64,000 nt of DNA from an uncultured Verrucomicrobiota bacterium (lineage in GTDB: Bacteria; Auribacterota; JABMQX01), in NCBI GenBank assembly GCA_964516325.1, contig CAZFAP010000004.1:3073-67072 (forward strand). Reading direction: 5' to 3'. A model generated the notes under the pieces. That model was not told where the DNA came from and did not search any database. It was given only the letters and a program-made list of their open reading frames with translations. A program made the translations under genes and the position numbers. This document shows, piece by piece, positions 19,101 through 26,838 of the stretch; position 1 is the stretch's first letter, and each line of letters starts with the position of its first letter.

Positions 19101-20695
19101 GGAAGATCAGCGGGCTGAGCTCCTTCAAGGACAGTTGCGTCTATTGCCACGTGGTCGGGGACGACCGGGCGCCCGCTGCGGTCAACAACGGCTGGGACGA
19201 TTGGACCAAAGCGTTGGGATGGACCTTCCCCACGACGATCGAGCCAGCCAACTGGAGCGCCATCCAGAAGAAATACCCGCAACTGGAAAACATGGCAAAC
19301 ATCCAGTGCGAAAACTGCCATGGGCCGGGCAGCGAGCACCGCGCGGGAAAGGGCGTCATCGGCGTCAGCCTGAAGTCCGGCATCTGCGGACAGTGTCACG
19401 ATTCGCCAACCCATCACATCAAGAATTACCAGTGGGATACCTCCGCCCATGCCCACGCCTTGCAGGCGGCCGGCGGTTTTCCTTCCCGAAGCGCCAGTTG
19501 CCTGAAGTGCATGACAGCGGAAGGGTTCGTGGACGTTTTCGTGAAACAGAAGCCGACGGAGGTCATCGAGGACCCCAGTCCCGTCGGCTGCGCGACATGC
19601 CACGACCCACATACCGACGCGTTTGAGCACCATTTCCGCTTCTACGGCCTCGTGCAATTGCCCAACGGCACGAAGCTCAACGCCGGAAGGGGGGCAACAT
19701 GCTTTAAGTGCCACACGAATGACGGGGCATACCCCGGTCATCAGGCACGGCACGATCAGGCGGAGATGTTCAGCGGGACAGGAGGAGCGGAGTTCCCCGG
19801 AGTCCGATACATGTCCAGCCGCCATGCGATGCTCATCCCGGACACGTGCGTTCGCTGCCACATGTTTGAGACTCCGCCAGAGGGCGAGCCGGGACGTTTC
19901 CTCGTCGGGGAACACACGTATAAAGTGGCGTATGATAACAACACTCCGGACGACCCGGCGGACGACGTTTACAACGTGCGCGCGTGCGCTCCGTGCCATA
20001 CGGGACTGACGAACTTCAACATCAACGGAACCCAGGACCACATCACAGCCCTCACCGGTGAGCTCGAAGCATTGCTCCCAAAAGAGAACGGCAAAATCCT
20101 CTATGAGTCCACCCCCACCCGGACGCTGACCGAGGCGGAGAAGGACGCCGCGTTCAACTACTCCTTCGTTGCGGCGGACCGGAGCCAGGGGGTTCACAAT
20201 GCGCTCTACGCAAAGCAGTTGCTCTGGGATTCCATTACGGCGCTGGACGCCGACCACGACGCATCGCGAGATGAAGTGGACGCCGACGCGGATAGCGACG
20301 GCGTCGCGAACGCGGCGGACGCCCTCCCCCTGGACACGGACAATGATGGACAGCCCAACCTCATTGACCCGGACGACGACAACGATAGCGTTTCCGATTT
20401 GGAGGAATATGCCGCGAAGGGGGACTTCTTGAGCTTCTTCCCCTACTTCGTAGTGAAAGAAATGACGACCGACACCGACGGAAACGTGGTCGTTCGCTGG
20501 CAGTCTGTCCCCGGCAAGACGTACAGCATACAGTACGCCAATGTGGGAGGGACGACTCTGGAGTGGCACGTCGCCGAGCCGAGCTTCCCCGCCGCGGCAG
20601 GGAACGAAACCGCCTGGACCGACGATGGGACGAAAGCGAATCCGCCGTTGCCTGCGGTCCGCGGGAGATTCTACAGAATCCTCGTGAACCAATGA
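16136..20695 (+). CDS. Secreted giant multihaem c-type cytochrome (~1500 aa) with 19 CxxCH motifs and 1 Cx3CH, Asp-rich Ca-binding linkers and a C-terminal FN3-like RFYRI module
   Basis: A TTG at 16136 (RBS AGGAGG 9 nt upstream) or a GTG at 16178 (RBS TAGGAGG) could be the start. The central ~450-aa module is paralogous to the upstream cytochrome. An extra 8-haem C-terminal region is present. Thrombospondin-type-3-like DxDxDG stretches (DSDGDGMPDDWE; DADSDGVANAADALPLDTDNDGQPNLIDPDDDND). Ends ...RWQSVPGKTYSIQYANVGGTTLEW...RGRFYRILVNQ. Confidence 0.85.
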   Translation: MRNRLGTRRIGGRFVKSDRHTLAGRLALRAIGSLWLAFVPGVLTAQSQGIELLSELSPPLNGQYYVGGENVTLTVRARDGGGVEFTNTDDIALLTYYVSGPRQDYRGVIRDQKLISGLDSGVSYPAAGSFSIPESPRPGSYSMLIRLVTRAGEEGYSLKHFKVGQVQSTVPGSLPPQGWMGCEKCHENGNIGHYRPKGLALTGSIEYCLVCHAWETEKPFGPTMHVLQEHDSLKIFRDYPNSCAVCHTGSEGNDFISKAACRSCHPNVGPTGHFGFDWPDNTCTFCHNDVFAAKPDTIHRIEPGNYVTSETCANCHADQYQRWDKTAHAHALKPTDSTFRGGVIGNFSQSPVLSDPANNVPPVTVYLSREGATHRATLGAGGPTYPVDRVEGGGSGWKQRYQTRIGNSYYTLPIQWNEKEGKWAAFELHKWFDAQGKAKTPDKSDSFERRWLGRYATNLQVSFDSVTREYMGTHSELNIGCEGCHGPASGHINAGGGSEGVVNPRDFARDRAGEVCGQCHSRGESTYVNSTGDGKRREYPWSPQDKGFRPGDILSNLFTFTTSFLHFWPDGTAKSENQQHMDYIHSVMYSAPGEKVTCFSCHDSHGSPNNYDLVASTRRDGVEIATKNEDNTLCLSCHAGRGDFAEITKEMVANAARNLAAIGAVVSKHTAHELYFPMGEGFTAVGRCSRCHMPKVATSAVPYDIHSHTFRVIEPDRTLTHSMPSSCAASCHRDISNLVPTAPGSGDRTLTNWGEPTDVDLAKFLKGFHHQWYEYGPLLPEVADSDGDGMPDDWETAHGLLPAFAGDGSADPDGDTYTNLREYLGSSDPQDADSKPYSAKVEVLSVAPRLNEKDAQGNRIVTSGLSNVPVGTYVRLSGSGADWEGKAVPSYSWTVVGPPDSLSALDNPSAETVNFAPDREGQYRVELRVGDAAPTDSPTAVQIITVGTWLGKENCQVCHSGRYAERPGWELADLYTPWTETHHGTAFTRKISGLSSFKDSCVYCHVVGDDRAPAAVNNGWDDWTKALGWTFPTTIEPANWSAIQKKYPQLENMANIQCENCHGPGSEHRAGKGVIGVSLKSGICGQCHDSPTHHIKNYQWDTSAHAHALQAAGGFPSRSASCLKCMTAEGFVDVFVKQKPTEVIEDPSPVGCATCHDPHTDAFEHHFRFYGLVQLPNGTKLNAGRGATCFKCHTNDGAYPGHQARHDQAEMFSGTGGAEFPGVRYMSSRHAMLIPDTCVRCHMFETPPEGEPGRFLVGEHTYKVAYDNNTPDDPADDVYNVRACAPCHTGLTNFNINGTQDHITALTGELEALLPKENGKILYESTPTRTLTEAEKDAAFNYSFVAADRSQGVHNALYAKQLLWDSITALDADHDASRDEVDADADSDGVANAADALPLDTDNDGQPNLIDPDDDNDSVSDLEEYAAKGDFLSFFPYFVVKEMTTDTDGNVVVRWQSVPGKTYSIQYANVGGTTLEWHVAEPSFPAAAGNETAWTDDGTKANPPLPAVRGRFYRILVNQ

Positions 20696-20898
20696 GTCAT
20701 GGGGTCGGCGGGCCTACAAGTCAGAGAGTTCGGGTGTAGGGCGGATGCAGCCCGGGCACGACCGGCAGCACGGGTCTCACGGCTGCTCAAAGCCGATTGG
20801 AGCGACGGGAGTGTTTGTCAGGTCAGACAAGGCGGCTCCCGGAGTCTGAGCCGCGGTTGGGTCTGCTTGATGCTTGCGTGGAGAGGGAGGATGAGTGA

Positions 20899-22251
20899 TT
20901 GTCGCGCGGCGCTCGGCCCGAGGAGCTTGAAAGGGGCTGGCAATCAATCGAAACTGTAAAAAGGGCTCAACCCACACTCCTGGTTCTGCTCATTTTGTGG
21001 CGGGTCTTCTTGCCGGATTCCGGAAATGCAGAGGGTCCCGAGGAGCAGCGCCGCCCCCACCTCTCCGGTGAGGTCTCTACCAGATACCGCACGCAATGGA
21101 ATGCGGACGATACCGACCATAATTTCCTGCAGTACCTCAACTTTGACCTCAAGAACCTTCTGACGCCAAAACTTTCTCTTCACGGCTTTCTGCGCGCCGG
21201 CGAGGACCTTGACGACTCGGACCCGATTTTCGACTGGACGAACTACGACGTTCAGGACCGCATTTACGACCTGTATCTGGAGGGCGAGGGCGTCATCCCG
21301 TATTCTTCTTTTCGCGCAGGACGCCAGTATTACGATGGCCTGGAGGGAGTCCAGTTTGACGGGCTGCGATTCTTTCGGGACGAGGGGAGATGGTTGAAAT
21401 GGGGAGCCATCGGAGGAAGGTACGTGAGCTTTTATGACCGAGACCTTCAGCGAGATTCCATGGTCGCGGGCGCCCACGCGACAGCGTCCTTTCTCCGGGG
21501 CGCCTCTTTCTCGACTGAATACCTCCGGCTCATGGGCTTTCCAACAGGGGATGACGACTACCTCGGTTTCGCATTTCAGCAGCGCTTGGAACGGCTCAGC
21601 TCTCTCACGCGGTATTCGGTCCTGAACGGTGAATCCAGAGACGTCTCCACCCGTGTTTTCTGGGTTGTGGGGAGCGGCTGGGAGGTCTCCGCCAAGTACT
21701 TTCGTCTTCTTCACTCCATTGAAGAACTCTCGAACGAATTCGACCCGTATTACCCTCTTTTTGGCGCTTACATGGGATTCCACCAGTACGATGTGGACGT
21801 GACGAAGCATGTCGGCGACCGGTTCTCCGTCTCGGGCGGATATGCCGCCCGGAGACTGGTTGGGGAGGAGGTGGAGAGCGTGGCCAATAGGGAGTTCGAC
21901 AGGTACTACGCATCATTCTCGGCACGGGACGTGCCGACACGGGATTTTGGGGTCTTCGCGACGATCGAGCGGTGGCTCGCGAGCGACGGCGAGGAGAACT
22001 ACAGCGCCGGCGGGGAAGTCAGCTACAGGTTAAAACGCAAGCTGGATGTGGCGGTGGGGACGTATTACTCGAAGTACAAATACGACATAGACACGATCAC
22101 GGAAAAAACGGATGTCCGGAGCGTGTACGCGAGAGTGAAGTATCACTTCAATCCGAAAGCCTACCTTTCCGTGAAAGCGGAGAGGGAAGACGATGACTCG
22201 CCGGAATCTCCTTACGGCAGGGCTGAGATAAGGATGACCTACAGGTTTTGA
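20899..22251 (+). CDS. Putative outer-membrane beta-barrel (porin-like) protein
   Basis: TTG start with RBS GGGAGGA. N-terminal signal-like hydrophobic stretch. Alternating aromatic/hydrophobic beta-strand pattern throughout. Terminal Phe (…RAEIRMTYRF). Only 36 bp upstream of the next cytochrome gene. Confidence 0.55.
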   Translation: MSRGARPEELERGWQSIETVKRAQPTLLVLLILWRVFLPDSGNAEGPEEQRRPHLSGEVSTRYRTQWNADDTDHNFLQYLNFDLKNLLTPKLSLHGFLRAGEDLDDSDPIFDWTNYDVQDRIYDLYLEGEGVIPYSSFRAGRQYYDGLEGVQFDGLRFFRDEGRWLKWGAIGGRYVSFYDRDLQRDSMVAGAHATASFLRGASFSTEYLRLMGFPTGDDDYLGFAFQQRLERLSSLTRYSVLNGESRDVSTRVFWVVGSGWEVSAKYFRLLHSIEELSNEFDPYYPLFGAYMGFHQYDVDVTKHVGDRFSVSGGYAARRLVGEEVESVANREFDRYYASFSARDVPTRDFGVFATIERWLASDGEENYSAGGEVSYRLKRKLDVAVGTYYSKYKYDIDTITEKTDVRSVYARVKYHFNPKAYLSVKAEREDDDSPESPYGRAEIRMTYRF

Positions 22252-22287
22252 AAGGCAGAACTCATTTGCCGGAACGACGGCCAACCT

Positions 22288-23424
22288 ATGAGAAAGAGGA
22301 AGAACAAGATTAGACGGAAGAAGATGGGCTTTCTGGCAGGGGCAGCGAGCAGTGTTACTCTGGTCTCGGTTCTTCTATCCCCGCAGATATACGGGAGACC
22401 GAAGAAGGCGGACCTCATTTTCAGCCATAAGCAACACATCAAGGAAATGGAGCTTACCTGCGACGCTTGCCACGAAGGCGCCGCAAAGGAGGAAACAGCG
22501 GGTCTGCCATCGGAGAGCACCTGCCAAACCTGCCATGACTTCGACAGGGAAAAGCCTTCCAAGGCATGCCTGACCTGCCATTCCTCCGTCGAGGTGAAGA
22601 TTGCCAGAAGGAAAGGGGCTGAATACGCCGATGTGAGTTTCTCGCACGTGAAGCACGCGAACGTAGAATGCAGTGATTGCCATCCGGGCGTCGAGAAAAG
22701 CACCGAAATCGAGCGAGGGAAATACATACCCTCGATGGAGCAGTGCCTGAAGTGCCACGCGGAACTCGGTGTTTCTCAGGAGTGCCAGAGTTGCCACAAG
22801 GTTCTGCGAAAGGAGGAAAGGCCCGCTTCACACGGTGCGGGTTTCGACCGCGCCCATGGAAGGCTATCCGAGATGAGGAATGCCCGGTGCGCCGTGTGCC
22901 ACCAGAGCCGGTTTTGTCAGGAATGCCACCTCAGCCAGGAACCCCAGAGCCATACCTTTCTCTGGAAGACGAAAACCCATGGTCGCTTGTCCATGATTGA
23001 CCGGTCGAGTTGCCAGACCTGCCACAGAACCGATTTCTGCGTCGCGTGCCATTCCGAAACCCGTCCGACCAACCATGCCGGCGGCTGGGGAAACCCACGG
23101 AACACGCACTGCCAGAGCTGTCATCTTCCCCTCTCGACGAGCGGCTGCGGCGTTTGCCACAAGACCACGGAGTCGCACTTCAGCGTTCTCCCCGGAGACC
23201 ACGTTGGGAACTACGCCATAGCGCACTGTGCGAAATGTCATTTTCCGGTCAACGCGACCGATTGCGGGCTGTGCCATGCCCGAGTAAACCATGAGTCGGC
23301 CCCAGATGTGGATTGGCACCCTGACAACTGGCGGGATTGCCGTGCTTGTCATCCGTCCATACTCACACCGAAGCCTCGGCATCCCGACCCAGGACTGGGC
23401 TGCACGAGGTGTCACAGGATTTAG
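22288..23424 (+). CDS. Compact 16-haem c-type cytochrome (periplasmic, N-terminal membrane anchor or signal)
   Basis: 16 CxxCH motifs in 378 aa, about 1 haem per 24 aa, with many extra His residues for bis-His ligation. N-terminus MRKRKNKIRRKKMGFLAGAASSVTLVSVLL. Confidence 0.85.
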   Translation: MRKRKNKIRRKKMGFLAGAASSVTLVSVLLSPQIYGRPKKADLIFSHKQHIKEMELTCDACHEGAAKEETAGLPSESTCQTCHDFDREKPSKACLTCHSSVEVKIARRKGAEYADVSFSHVKHANVECSDCHPGVEKSTEIERGKYIPSMEQCLKCHAELGVSQECQSCHKVLRKEERPASHGAGFDRAHGRLSEMRNARCAVCHQSRFCQECHLSQEPQSHTFLWKTKTHGRLSMIDRSSCQTCHRTDFCVACHSETRPTNHAGGWGNPRNTHCQSCHLPLSTSGCGVCHKTTESHFSVLPGDHVGNYAIAHCAKCHFPVNATDCGLCHARVNHESAPDVDWHPDNWRDCRACHPSILTPKPRHPDPGLGCTRCHRI

Positions 23425-23675
23425 GGGGCAGCAGAGCATGGGACACCTCTGCCTGCTGCTCTTTGGCGGAGGGAAAAGAGGAATGCGCTGTCTGCTGCCC
23501 GGGCACAAGGAAAGGAAGAAGAGAAATCACCGGGAAAAGCGAACCGGGCAACAGAGGGAGTTTCGCCCTTGGATTCGCGATGAAGAAAGGAAGAACCAAA
23601 GGGAGTTCGTGGCTGTCCCTGAAGTGCCCAGTACGCGAGTTCTTACACCCAGTAACGTGTTAGAGCGCACGGACC

Positions 23676-23787
23676 TTTTTTTGACGGGATAACCCCGCCT
23701 AAGGCGGGGTCAGGGCAGGACCAGACTAATCCGGGTCATCCTGTAATCTTGTCCAGAAAAACACGTGATTGAACTTGTCCACCGCAG
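23676..23787. repeat. Composite intergenic repeat element, copy 1 (TTTTTGACGGGAT, a CCCCGCC-N-AAGGCGGGG hairpin, GGGTCATCCTGTAA and TTGAACTT modules)
   Basis: Shares ordered sequence modules with 47397-47545 and 60537-60668. Confidence 0.5.
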
Positions 23788-23873
23788 AAATAACCCGCAA
23801 CCCTCAAGGGAACTGACGAAGTCCGCAGGTGGAACAGTCCGGCAGGGGGCGGGCGACAACGGGAGTGTAAGTC

Positions 23874-25313
23874 ATGGCGAGCTTTGACCTTCCGCTCGGC
23901 AAACCTCCGGCCGCGGATACCGACGCGGGCAAGACGACGGGCTTCTTGCCAGCGGAGCTTCTTGCGGACAATGTGTTTTGGTTTTGTCGGCTGCGCTGGA
24001 TCGTGATCGCCCTGCTGTGTGTGGCAGAGGGAATGGCTGCCTCTGCAGGAGGGTTTCTTGAGCGTTACGGTGTCTATCTTTCCTCCCGCTGGCCTGTCGT
24101 ATGCGCAGCGGTCCTGGCCGTAACCAACATTCTCTTTCTGCTGGACGGACGCCGTCTCCGCAGACTCCCCGACCCCAGAGCGGCGAACACGAATCTCGTG
24201 CTTCAAAGCGTCTCGGACCTGCTCGTTCTCACGGTCGTCGTTCACTTCGTGGGAAGCGTTGAAACGTTCGCTCCCTTCGCGTACCTCTTCCACGTGGTGC
24301 TTGCCTGCATCTTCTTCCCCTCGAAACCGAGTCTCGGGATTACCCTATTGAGTTGCCTCCTTTATTCGGCATGCGTTGCCGTCGAATACCTCGGCTTGTT
24401 CCCAGCGGGAGGGCTTTTTGCCAGGTTGCCGGTACGTGCGGGCTTTCAGGCCCAGGCTACCCCTCTCGTCCTGCATGTCTCCTCCGCCATGGCTGTGTGG
24501 CTCCTGGTTTGGTATCTCGTCTCGCACCTGTCCGCCGCCGTGAGGAGGCGCGACCGCGACCTTGTCGAAGCCAATGAACGGCTAATCCGGGTGGAGAACG
24601 AGAAAGCGATGCACATGCTCCGGACAACGCATGAGTTGAAGGCGCCTTTCGCGGCGATTCAGAGCAACGTTCAGCTTCTCCAGAAGGGCTATTGTGGGGA
24701 GCTCAGCGACGAGGTCGCCGAAGTGCTTGATCGGATTGGCACCCGGTGCTTGAAGTTGTCCACCCAGATCATGGAGATGCTTCAGCTTGCGGACCTGCGG
24801 TCGCTCCCTGCCGCCGACAGCCAGCGCGAGAAAATACGGCTGGACCGTCTCCTTCACTCTGTGGCGGACGGCTTCCGTGTCCCCGCCTCTGCGCGTCGCA
24901 TCGAGATCGAAGAACGCATCCGTCCTGCCACAACAACCGGAGTGATGGGACACCTGCACATGATGCTGTCCAATGTCACTTCAAACGCTGTTGTCTATTC
25001 GAGAGAGGGAGGGCGGGTGACGGTAACATGCGAGCCGCAAGCCACAGGGGAGGTTGTTGTTACGGTCGAAGACCATGGCATCGGCATCCCTGAGCGAAGC
25101 CTTCCACACATCTTTCAGGAGTACTATCGTTCCAGTGAAGCGGCTCAGTACAACAAACTGTCCACGGGGCTCGGCCTGGCAATTGTCAGGCATATCGCCG
25201 AGTCACATGACATTGCCGTCCACGTGGACTCAACGGAAGGGGAAGGTACAGTCTTCCGGCTGACTTTTCCGGCCCCGGACGAAGAGGAGGTACTACCATG
25301 TCCCGAATCCTGA
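23874..25313 (+). CDS. Membrane sensor histidine kinase (~6 TM helices, HisKA plus HATPase_c)
   Basis: H-box HELKAPFAAIQSNVQLL. ATPase G-boxes (VEDHGIGIP, GLGLAIVRHIA). N-terminal hydrophobic segments. Confidence 0.8.
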   Translation: MASFDLPLGKPPAADTDAGKTTGFLPAELLADNVFWFCRLRWIVIALLCVAEGMAASAGGFLERYGVYLSSRWPVVCAAVLAVTNILFLLDGRRLRRLPDPRAANTNLVLQSVSDLLVLTVVVHFVGSVETFAPFAYLFHVVLACIFFPSKPSLGITLLSCLLYSACVAVEYLGLFPAGGLFARLPVRAGFQAQATPLVLHVSSAMAVWLLVWYLVSHLSAAVRRRDRDLVEANERLIRVENEKAMHMLRTTHELKAPFAAIQSNVQLLQKGYCGELSDEVAEVLDRIGTRCLKLSTQIMEMLQLADLRSLPAADSQREKIRLDRLLHSVADGFRVPASARRIEIEERIRPATTTGVMGHLHMMLSNVTSNAVVYSREGGRVTVTCEPQATGEVVVTVEDHGIGIPERSLPHIFQEYYRSSEAAQYNKLSTGLGLAIVRHIAESHDIAVHVDSTEGEGTVFRLTFPAPDEEEVLPCPES

Positions 25314-25690
25314 TTGTAGATGATGACACGGATTTTACCGAGGTCGCCAAGAAGGTTCTTCAAGCCGATGGACACGAGGTTCATGTGCTGAGTTACATCG
25401 AAAGGGCTTTAGAAACGCTCGAAGAGGAACCGCCCGACTGTCTCATTCTCGACGTGATGTTTCCGGAAGATGCTACCGCAGGCTTCGACCTCGCGAGAGA
25501 GATCCGGAAACACGAAACGCTCGCGGCCCTTCCGGTCCTGATTCTCAGCGCCGTCAACACGAGATTCCCCCTCGGCTTTGGCCCCCGCGACATTGACAAC
25601 CATTGGTTTCCAGTTCAGGATTTCCTGGAGAAGCCCGTGGATTTTGACGTCCTGAGAGAGAAAATCAAACGCCTCTGCGCTCAAAATTAG
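25298..25690 (+). CDS. Single-domain response regulator (CheY-like receiver)
   Basis: ILIVDDD...ILDVMFPE with the phospho-acceptor Asp. 130 aa. Overlaps the kinase gene by 16 nt. Confidence 0.8.
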   Translation: MSRILIVDDDTDFTEVAKKVLQADGHEVHVLSYIERALETLEEEPPDCLILDVMFPEDATAGFDLAREIRKHETLAALPVLILSAVNTRFPLGFGPRDIDNHWFPVQDFLEKPVDFDVLREKIKRLCAQN

Positions 25691-25837
25691 CGTCACGCGG
25701 GGAGCCTTTTCATGCACCACCAAGGCACGAAGACACAGAAATACCTTCGCCCAAAGGTCATCTCTCCCTTGTGTCCTGGTGTCTTGGTGGCGCCCCGCCT
25801 CAAAGTTGCCATCAGGGGGACGACATTCCCACCGTCT

Positions 25838-25867
25838 CCCGGTGAACGAAGTTCGTGAGCGACTGCG
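25838..25867 (+). repeat. 30-mer CCCGGTGAACGAAGTTCGTGAGCGACTGCG, near-identical to 63607-63639
   Basis: 28/31 identity. Contains the palindromic core GAACGAAGTTC. Confidence 0.45.
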
Positions 25868-26202
25868 AACAAGGAAAGAAAAGACTCGGCTGATTCCTTC
25901 GGCAGACGGACGTATGGGTTGATGCGGGGCAGAAGGCGCGTTCGAGTCGCGACAGGAATTTGTCCGGACCGTCAGACGCTGACTCTTCTGGGGCGGGATG
26001 CCACTTTCCTTTCGACCCGGCTGCGGCCCCCACGCTTCGTTGTCCGCCCAAGACGGAGGGGTTACAGACCAGGGTTTTTGCCCTCGACGCGGGCAGCAGC
26101 GTTTTGGTAAAGTTCCCCCATGTCCCGAGGTTCCGGTATGCTCTTGCAGCGGCCGGAGCATCGAAGGGAAGAAGCGGATACAACATCGAGGAGGATTTCA
26201 AC

Positions 26203-26796
26203 ATGCGTGAAAAGAAAGCGGAAACGGCAGAGGTCGCCGACCTGATTACGAAGATCAGGGACAGGGACGACAAGGTGCGAGCACAAGGATTGCTCGACGC
26301 CGCAAAGGTGGGGGCGCCGGCGGTCAAGCCCCTCGCGGCGGTGATGAGCGATCCGGATTTCGAAGTCGCACGAGCAGCCAGGCGCGGGTTATGGGGCGTT
26401 GTTCGGCACGTTGGCCGCCCCGGCGCGGATAACGAGAGAAAACCGGTTGTCAGCGAGCTGGTTGCGCTATTAGCCGATAACCAGCCTATGCCGGTTCGGC
26501 GGGAGGTGATGTGGATGCTGTCGGAACTGGGCGGCGACGAGTCGGTTGAGCCGGTAGCCGGATTGCTGTCGAACGCGGAACTCCGCGAGGATGCGCGGAT
26601 GGTTCTCGAAAGGTTACCGGGGCGGAAATCGCTCGCGGCTCTTCAGAGAGGACTCCAAACCGCTCCTCCCGATTTCAAGTCGAGCGTCGCGGAATCTCTC
26701 CGAGTACGCGGCGTTCGAGTACCGGGGGTTCCAAGCCGGAAGCTCGTGCCGACACGGAAGACAAACCTGAAACCCGTGGAACAACCCTCCAGGTGA
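26203..26796 (+). CDS. HEAT-repeat (PBS-lyase-like) protein
   Basis: RBS GAGGAGGA 8 nt upstream of an ATG (MREKKAETAEV...). Repeated helical ~30-aa HEAT-like units (VRAQGLLDAAKVGAPAVKPLAAVMSDPDFEVARAA...). Confidence 0.5.
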   Translation: MREKKAETAEVADLITKIRDRDDKVRAQGLLDAAKVGAPAVKPLAAVMSDPDFEVARAARRGLWGVVRHVGRPGADNERKPVVSELVALLADNQPMPVRREVMWMLSELGGDESVEPVAGLLSNAELREDARMVLERLPGRKSLAALQRGLQTAPPDFKSSVAESLRVRGVRVPGVPSRKLVPTRKTNLKPVEQPSR

Positions 26797-26838
26797 AAAG
26801 GCCGCTCAATCCAATCTTTCAGGAAAGGTGAAGATACA

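Noticed and set aside
18914-20692. 592-aa minus-strand ORF, plus the 16559-17422 and 17696-18049 ORFs, antisense to the 20-haem cytochrome
   Set aside because: All sit inside the cytochrome gene, whose CxxCH periodicity validates the plus-strand frame. They are low-complexity Arg/Gly/Val-rich artefacts.
23690-23712. CCCCGCCTAAGGCGGGG hairpin after the 16-haem cytochrome gene as a simple Rho-independent terminator
   Set aside because: The T-run lies 5' of the hairpin on the plus strand, and no U-tract follows it on either strand. The same hairpin recurs as a module of the composite repeat element, so it is better explained as part of that repeat. It may still have terminator-like activity.
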